From the sequence record SRR20825019_863: DNA of 33,436 nucleotides. One strand, given 5' to 3'. A program made the translations under genes and the position numbers. Below the pieces are notes generated by a model, which did no database searches, was not told where the DNA came from, and worked only from the letters and a program-made list of their open reading frames with translations. This document shows, in pieces, positions 27,994 through 33,436 of the stretch; position 1 is the stretch's first letter; each line of letters begins with the position of its first letter.

Positions 27994-28075
27994 TTTTTTG
28001 TATTTACTTTAATTCCCCGATAGAGCACTCCGCGATGCATTAAAACGGCTTATCTTTTGATTTAAATAGTCTGTT

Positions 28076-28208
28076 TGGCAACGTTGGAATGCAAATAGTA
28101 GCGGATCTAGAAACACTAATTTTTCCTTTTAGTGTTGAGTGTAAATATAAAAAAGCGACTTCGATTAAACATCAAAGCCGCGATTATTTTCTAAATGATG
28201 TGCGTTGC
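28076..28208. repeat. Degenerate nested inverted-repeat element, attC-like
   Basis: AAATAGTAGCGG (28093-28104) pairs 10/12 with CCGCGATTATTT (28178-28189); inner AACACTAA/TTAGTGTT hairpin; TGGCAAC at the left end. Confidence 0.35.
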
Positions 28209-28235
28209 TTCTTAACACTTACCTGCTAAACAAGC

Positions 28236-28967
28236 TTATTCTCCGTGATACATATTATGAAACGTTTCTGCCAATGTCGAAGGTTCTTCCTTCCACGCAT
28301 TGAACATTCCAAGTCCCATTTCATCAGGAACAATATCCAGTTCTCCAGCTTCAACGTTATTCAATATTGTTTTTGCAACTCCGTCTGGTGCCGGCATATC
28401 CCAATCGCTCCCTTTATTCATGTCCGTGTCGATTGCACCAGGATTTACCGTGTGAACAGTGATTCCTTTTTTGGCCAATTCAATTCTTACGGAAAGCGTA
28501 GCCGAAAACAATGCTGCTTTTGATGCGGAGTAACCTGCAATTGACGGAAGCGGGGAGTAAGCAACAATTGAAACGATATTAACTATTTTGGAAGGCGTGT
28601 TTTTCTCTAAAATTGGAGCGAATGCGCGCATCATGTTTATAGTTCCGTAATAGTTGACTTTCATGTCGCTTTCTACCGCACTCAATTCTCCTTCCAAAAC
28701 GTTCCCTGGATTTAAAATTCCCGCGTTGTTAATAAGTACTTCAACGTCTGAGGTGATTTCTGCAATGTTCGAAATTTGTGCGCTGTCTGTAATGTCCAAT
28801 TCCAACGCTACAACTCTTTCATCTTCAAAATTTGGCATGTTGTTTAAATCTCTGGATGTAGCGTAAATTTTCCGTGCGCCTTTTTCCAAAGCTGCCTTAA
28901 CGAGTGATTTACCAATTCCTCTGTTTGCTCCGGTAATCAGAATTACCTTGTCTTTCAATGATTGCAT
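28236..28967 (-). CDS. Short-chain dehydrogenase/reductase
   Basis: TGANRGIG, NNAG, YSASK, PGAIDTDM. Confidence 0.95.
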   Translation of the reverse strand: MQSLKDKVILITGANRGIGKSLVKAALEKGARKIYATSRDLNNMPNFEDERVVALELDITDSAQISNIAEITSDVEVLINNAGILNPGNVLEGELSAVESDMKVNYYGTINMMRAFAPILEKNTPSKIVNIVSIVAYSPLPSIAGYSASKAALFSATLSVRIELAKKGITVHTVNPGAIDTDMNKGSDWDMPAPDGVAKTILNNVEAGELDIVPDEMGLGMFNAWKEEPSTLAETFHNMYHGE

Positions 28968-29000
28968 ATTTCTATTTATTGATTAATAATTAGTTCTATG

Positions 29001-29049
29001 CAAAGCTACATTGGCGATTAAGCTCCTAAAACCCGATACTTGCTGTATT
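29001..29049 (-). promoter_or_regulatory. SDR promoter: conserved 23-nt box, N18, TAGCTTTG -7 element
   Basis: Minus strand AATACAGCAAGTATCGGGTTTTA (29027-29049), 18 nt, TAGCTTTG (29001-29008). Confidence 0.75.
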
Positions 29050-29063
29050 GCGATTCTATGGTT

Positions 29064-29918
29064 CTAAATGTTATTTGAAGCGTCGGTTTTTGAAGCCTCC
29101 CAACCGATAATAGCCGTTTTCCGAGTCGTTCCCCACATATAACCGCCGAGTGCTCCTGTGGATTGAATAACTCTGTGACAAGGTATTAGAAATGCAATGG
29201 GATTATTTCCAATGGCCGTTCCAACCGCTCTCGAAGCCTTTGGTTTTTGAATGACTTTCGCAATAGTTCCATACGTTGTTAGATCGCCTGTTGGAATTTT
29301 TAATAGTGCTTCCCACACTTTAAGTTGAAAATCTGTTCCCTTTAGATGCAGTTTTATACAACTTATGCGACTCCAATCGTGGGAGTGAATTTTTAGAGCA
29401 TCTTGTTGAATTTGATCCGTTTGTTCAATAAATGTGGCTTTGGGGAAACGTGCTTCTAGTTCTGAAAAAGCTATTTTTTTGTCGTCCGAAAAACCCATAT
29501 AACAAATCCCTTTATAGGTGGAGGCAATGAGTATTTCGCCAAACATGCTTTTCTGGTAGCTATAATTTATTGTGAGATGTTCCCCCTTGTTTTTGTATTC
29601 TCCGGGCGTCATACCTTCGATTTTAACGAATAAGTCGTGTAACCTGCCAGTTCCTGAAAGTCCAGTTTTGTGCGCAGCTTCGAACAAGGTTGATTGGGAA
29701 TTGTTCAGAATTTGTTTGGCATGTTGAACGCTGATGTATTGCAAGAATTTTTTTGGACTAACACCTGCCCATTCAGTAAATAATCGTTGAAAGTGAAAAG
29801 GGCTTAAATGTACCTTCTCAGCAATTTCTTCAAGGGTCGGCTGTTCGGTGAAGTTTTGTTGTATGAATTCAATAGCTTCGGCTATTCGACCATAATTTAT
29901 ATATTCTTGCTCGTTCAT
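29064..29918 (-). CDS. ada: Ada-like AraC-HTH fused to methylated-DNA-protein-cysteine methyltransferase (no N-terminal Zn domain)
   Basis: LSPFHFQRLFTEWAGVSPKKF HTH; FQLKVWEAL, RAVGTA and the active-site IPCHRV. Confidence 0.9.
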   Translation of the reverse strand: MNEQEYINYGRIAEAIEFIQQNFTEQPTLEEIAEKVHLSPFHFQRLFTEWAGVSPKKFLQYISVQHAKQILNNSQSTLFEAAHKTGLSGTGRLHDLFVKIEGMTPGEYKNKGEHLTINYSYQKSMFGEILIASTYKGICYMGFSDDKKIAFSELEARFPKATFIEQTDQIQQDALKIHSHDWSRISCIKLHLKGTDFQLKVWEALLKIPTGDLTTYGTIAKVIQKPKASRAVGTAIGNNPIAFLIPCHRVIQSTGALGGYMWGTTRKTAIIGWEASKTDASNNI

Positions 29919-29938
29919 TAAATTCAGATTGTTGGCAA

Positions 29939-29987
29939 CAAAGATAGACTTGATTTTCCTCTCATAAAACCCGAAACTTGCTGAATT
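29939..29987 (-). promoter_or_regulatory. ada-like promoter: conserved 23-nt box, N18, TATCTTTG -7 element
   Basis: Minus strand AATTCAGCAAGTTTCGGGTTTTA (29965-29987), 18 nt, TATCTTTG (29939-29946). Confidence 0.75.
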
Positions 29988-30072
29988 CTGGAATACATCT
30001 TGGTTGAATGGTTTTATGGGACAGTAGTGACTTTTAATTCAAAAACGCGCTTCTGAAGGGAAATGATCTACA

Positions 30073-31185
30073 TCATTCTTCCATAAAAAGAATCTTTCCT
30101 TCGATATCAATATAGCCACGTTTTGAATAACCGTACCATTTACTTGGATCGCCAAAGTAAAATTCGATGAAATTCTTGTTGGGAAAACTGAACACTTTAA
30201 CAAACTCTATTTCGGAAACAATATTCATTGTTGTGTCCATGATGCCCCACGTGATTGGACTAGCAGATCGATTACAATAGAGTCCAAATCCGTTGACAAA
30301 GAAGCGCAATTCTATACTTTTTGACTCAAAAACAATTTGATGCTCCGAATTGATAACGGCATAGGAAGAATCCGTTTCTACTCCGCAAAACCCTTCGTGA
30401 AAATCCCATACATTTTTGAACGAATTTTTAGAAACTCTTTTTCCTTGAGTGTTAATGAAATAACCGTGTTCGTAATTGTCTTTTTTTACAAATGCAAATC
30501 CTTCGGAAAACTTTGAAACATTATAGTAATACTCCTCGAAAGTATTTTCTCCTGTTCTATTAATAAAACAATTACCACGCGAAGAATCGGAAACAGCTGC
30601 ATAGCCATGATTAAAACCTGAAAAAACTTGGGTTAGATTACACGGTATTTCGAGTTGTCCTACATTATTGATGAAGCCGTATTTGCCAGTCACTTTGTCT
30701 TGAATCATTGCCAAACCTTGACTGTAAGTACCAATCGATGAATAGATGATTTCTGTAATTGGTTTACCATTAATCATCGAGTAGAAACCCCATAAATTAT
30801 TCTTCTCAACTCCAATAATTCCTTCTCCTTGAAAGTAAAGTCGCTGGAATTCGGGTTGTATAATAAATGTTCCTTTAACGTCGATTAATCCATACAATGA
30901 GTCGAAAGCAACAATTGCGACTCCGTTTTTAAATGAGAAGGCATGATCAAAAACAGGATCAATTATTAAATGTCCTTCTTCGTTTATTACTCCGAATTTC
31001 CCATCTATAAAGACAAAAGCAAGTCCCTCAGAAAATTCTTTCGCACCGGAGTAAACGGGTTGGATTTTAATTTCACCTTGGGCGTTTATGTATCCGAACT
31101 TTCCTTTTTCTGAAAACTTCAGCAAAGATTGGCTGAATGAAATGGTAGTCAGAATAATAAACAATGAGGTAAAGATCAGTTTCAT
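30073..31185 (-). CDS. Secreted WG-repeat (KWG) protein
   Basis: Signal peptide; repeated [FYW]G[YFV]I[ND]xxG...I.P...FSEGLA units. Confidence 0.9.
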   Translation of the reverse strand: MKLIFTSLFIILTTISFSQSLLKFSEKGKFGYINAQGEIKIQPVYSGAKEFSEGLAFVFIDGKFGVINEEGHLIIDPVFDHAFSFKNGVAIVAFDSLYGLIDVKGTFIIQPEFQRLYFQGEGIIGVEKNNLWGFYSMINGKPITEIIYSSIGTYSQGLAMIQDKVTGKYGFINNVGQLEIPCNLTQVFSGFNHGYAAVSDSSRGNCFINRTGENTFEEYYYNVSKFSEGFAFVKKDNYEHGYFINTQGKRVSKNSFKNVWDFHEGFCGVETDSSYAVINSEHQIVFESKSIELRFFVNGFGLYCNRSASPITWGIMDTTMNIVSEIEFVKVFSFPNKNFIEFYFGDPSKWYGYSKRGYIDIEGKILFMEE

Positions 31186-31681
31186 TATTGATTAACGATT
31201 TACAGCTACTTTGTTACGCAGAGAGCGCAAACAGTCTCTATGGTTTTGATGCTATTTGATCTGAGAAAATTCACCCCGTTTTATCTAAGTGGATGTTTTT
31301 TCGTCTGTGATACAGATAAACATCTTCGAATTTAAGCCTTTTTATGTGCATTGAACTGCGGTACTGGAGAAGTTAGGTGTAATTCACCAAGGTGTACTAT
31401 TATCTTTTGTTAGTTCAATTGGACTGCATTCACATTGTGGCCTTATGAAATAAATGTATTGTGTATTATTTTAGGGTTAAGGGAAGGTTTCCTATAGTTA
31501 AAGATATAATTCCAATGAACCAGGTGTTTTCCCCTATGAAGATTAGTTTTTTTTAGATAAATGGAACTCTGTTCTGAAAAGAGGCTTTTTTTGAATTTTA
31601 AAAAAATGTAATTAACCGATTTTGCGCTTGGATTGGTTATAGTTTCATAACCCCAAGTTTGCGCTAGAATCCAGTGAAATT

Positions 31682-32491
31682 TTGAACCTTGTGTATGAAA
31701 ATTACACTATACTTTTGATGATTATAGCTGATGAGCAACATGAAGGCATGATAAGTGCCCAATATGTTCAAAATGGACTTCTTCCGAAACGACGTCATTT
31801 TGAACGAATCTTCAAAGATTCATTTGTTTTTTATCAACCGCAAAACATGCTTTCGGGTGACTTTTATTGGGTCGGACAGAAAAACGATAATCAGTACTTG
31901 GTGGTTGGTGATTGTACTGGACATGGAATTTCTGCTTCTCTGACTTCTGTGTTGGCTCTGAATTTATTGGAGTATGGGATTATGAATAAAGGAATCAAAC
32001 GCCCGAGTAAAATTCTTTACGAGGTCGATAAGCGTTATGTGGAGAGTTTTAAGGGGACGAAAGACGAGAAATTTGATAATCCATGGATTGACTTGGCCAT
32101 AGCATGCGTAAATACAGAGACAAAGACGATTTACTTTTCGGGAGCGAATAGAAAAATGCTTGTGGTGAAACCTAACGGCGAATTTAAAGTCTACAGAAGT
32201 AAGGGAACACCGATTGGGAGTTGGCAGATTTATGAGAAGCCCAACTTTGATACGATTGTTGTGCCATACGAATCTGGCGATTGTGTTTTTATTGGGTCTG
32301 ACGGTTTTCAAGATCAGTTCGGTGGACCAATGAACAAAAAATTCGGATCTCGAAGATTGCATGATACCCTCATTCAGAATGCTGGTTTGAAGTTGAAAGA
32401 GCAGCGTAAGGAATTAAAAAAGGTACTTGAAGATTGGAAACATAATGTTGTCCAAACAGACGATATTTGTATTGTAGGAGTGAGGTTGTAG
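31682..32491 (+). CDS. Stand-alone PP2C/SpoIIE-family Ser/Thr phosphatase
   Basis: SGDFYW, VGDCTGHG, SDGFQDQFGG, QTDDI. Start uncertain (TTG 31682, ATG 31718 or ATG 31748). Confidence 0.88.
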   Translation: MNLVYENYTILLMIIADEQHEGMISAQYVQNGLLPKRRHFERIFKDSFVFYQPQNMLSGDFYWVGQKNDNQYLVVGDCTGHGISASLTSVLALNLLEYGIMNKGIKRPSKILYEVDKRYVESFKGTKDEKFDNPWIDLAIACVNTETKTIYFSGANRKMLVVKPNGEFKVYRSKGTPIGSWQIYEKPNFDTIVVPYESGDCVFIGSDGFQDQFGGPMNKKFGSRRLHDTLIQNAGLKLKEQRKELKKVLEDWKHNVVQTDDICIVGVRL

Positions 32492-32524
32492 CGAGGTTAA
32501 ACTCCTTGTGTCATTTAATAAATT

Positions 32525-32547
32525 GCGGACAATACAACATTGTCCGC
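32525..32547 (+). terminator. Hairpin downstream of the phosphatase gene
   Basis: GCGGACAAT-acaac-ATTGTCCGC perfect 9-bp stem; weak T tail. Confidence 0.55.
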
Positions 32548-32571
32548 TTGTAAACAAATTGAGTCCTCTTC

Positions 32572-32603
32572 AAAAAAAAAGCCATCTCTTGCGAAATGGC
32601 TTT
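32572..32603 (-). terminator. Rho-independent terminator of the DHS-like gene
   Basis: AAAGCCAT...ATGGCTTT stem with an A9 run on the plus strand (U-tail on the minus strand). Confidence 0.75.
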
Positions 32604-32628
32604 CCTCTTTTTAGTTGACGATTTACGT

Positions 32629-33436
32629 CTATTGCCCTAATAAGTAGGCAAAAATGAGAGGAGCAACAATTGTTGCATCTGACTCTATAATGAACTTTGG
32701 AGTGTCAATATCTAATTTTCCCCACGTGATTTTCTCATTTGGAACCGCGCCTGAGTACGAACCATAACTCGTAGTTGAATCGGAAATTTGGCAGAAATAG
32801 CTCCAGAACGGTGTGTCTGTGCGCTCCATGTCTTGGTAAAGCATTGGTACAACACAAATAGGGAAGTCACCCGCAATTCCTCCACCAATTTGGAAGAAAC
32901 CGATTCCTTCTGTTCCCGCAGTTTCGGTGTAGTAATCTGCAAGCCACATCATGTATTCAATTCCCGATTTCATCGTCGAAGCTTTCAATTCTCCTTTAAT
33001 GCAATAGGAAGCGAAAATGTTTCCAAGTGTAGAATCTTCCCATCCTGGAACGATGATCGGCAAGTTTTTCTCTGCCGCAGCCAACATCCAAGAGTTTTTC
33101 GGATCAATTTCATAATATTGTTCCAACACACCTGAAAGCAACAATTTGTACATGAATTCATGCGGAAAATAACGCTCACCTTTCGCCTCTGCATCTTTCC
33201 AGATTTCAACAATGTGCTTTTGCAAACGACGAAATGCTTCCTCTTCAGGAATACATGTGTCCGTCACACGATTTAGACCTCGTTCAAGCAAATCCCACTC
33301 GTCCTTCGGAGTTAAATCACGGTAATTTGGAACACGCTCGTAGCTATTGTGTGCTACCATGTTCATTAAATCTTCTTCCAAGTTTGCACCAGTACACGAA
33401 ATCAAATGCACTTTATCCTGACGGATCATTTCTGCA
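32629..33436 (-). CDS. Deoxyhypusine synthase-like protein (probable homospermidine synthase), 5' end outside the window
   Basis: TGANLEED, DSTLG, IGGG, GSYSGAVPNEKITWGK, SDATIVAPL; the frame stays open to the window edge (..AEMIRQ). Confidence 0.9.
   Translation of the reverse strand, partial: AEMIRQDKVHLISCTGANLEEDLMNMVAHNSYERVPNYRDLTPKDEWDLLERGLNRVTDTCIPEEEAFRRLQKHIVEIWKDAEAKGERYFPHEFMYKLLLSGVLEQYYEIDPKNSWMLAAAEKNLPIIVPGWEDSTLGNIFASYCIKGELKASTMKSGIEYMMWLADYYTETAGTEGIGFFQIGGGIAGDFPICVVPMLYQDMERTDTPFWSYFCQISDSTTSYGSYSGAVPNEKITWGKLDIDTPKFIIESDATIVAPLIFAYLLGQ

Noticed and set aside
31408-31450. tRNA-like TTAGTTCAATTGGA segment
   Set aside because: It resembles a D-arm, but no T-loop GTTCRA, acceptor stem or cloverleaf follows.
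1-33436. CRISPR array, IS/transposase, integrase, prophage or rRNA
   Set aside because: No regularly spaced nucleotide repeats or corresponding protein motifs were seen by eye. The RNA ligase alone is not evidence of a prophage.

Overview
AT-rich window from a Bacteroidota genome, probably Flavobacteriales. The taxon is inferred from a T9SS C-terminal sorting domain, a CzcA-TolC fusion and TAnnTTTG -7 promoter boxes. From left to right it holds: (1) small accessory genes and an AraC regulator followed by an unlisted 42-aa basic ORF; (2) a heavy-metal-type two-component regulon (OmpR-family regulator and kinase, lipoprotein, T9SS cargo protein, CzcA-TolC fusion, adaptor, VIT1 transporter, methyltransferase) whose three promoters share identically spaced TTAAG-N6-TTAAG repeats; (3) a minus-strand block of hypothetical secreted proteins and a cytochrome c lipoprotein; (4) the most interesting element, a four-gene operon at 21486-25344 encoding a VioB/RebD-type ferritin-like protein, a 14-Cys repeat protein with no signal peptide, an MNIO (DUF692) and a DUF2063 partner, i.e. 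an atypical bufferin-like RiPP/metalloprotein maturation system; (5) a minus-strand stress/repair block with a DUF1311 protein, a minimal RLIG1/C12orf29-like RNA ligase, MDR and SDR oxidoreductases and an Ada-like protein lacking the Zn domain, where the ada-like and SDR promoters share a 21/23-nt box; (6) a WG-repeat protein, a stand-alone PP2C/SpoIIE phosphatase and a truncated deoxyhypusine synthase-like gene. No rRNA, tRNA, CRISPR array or transposase was seen. All family calls come from motif recognition by eye, not database searches.
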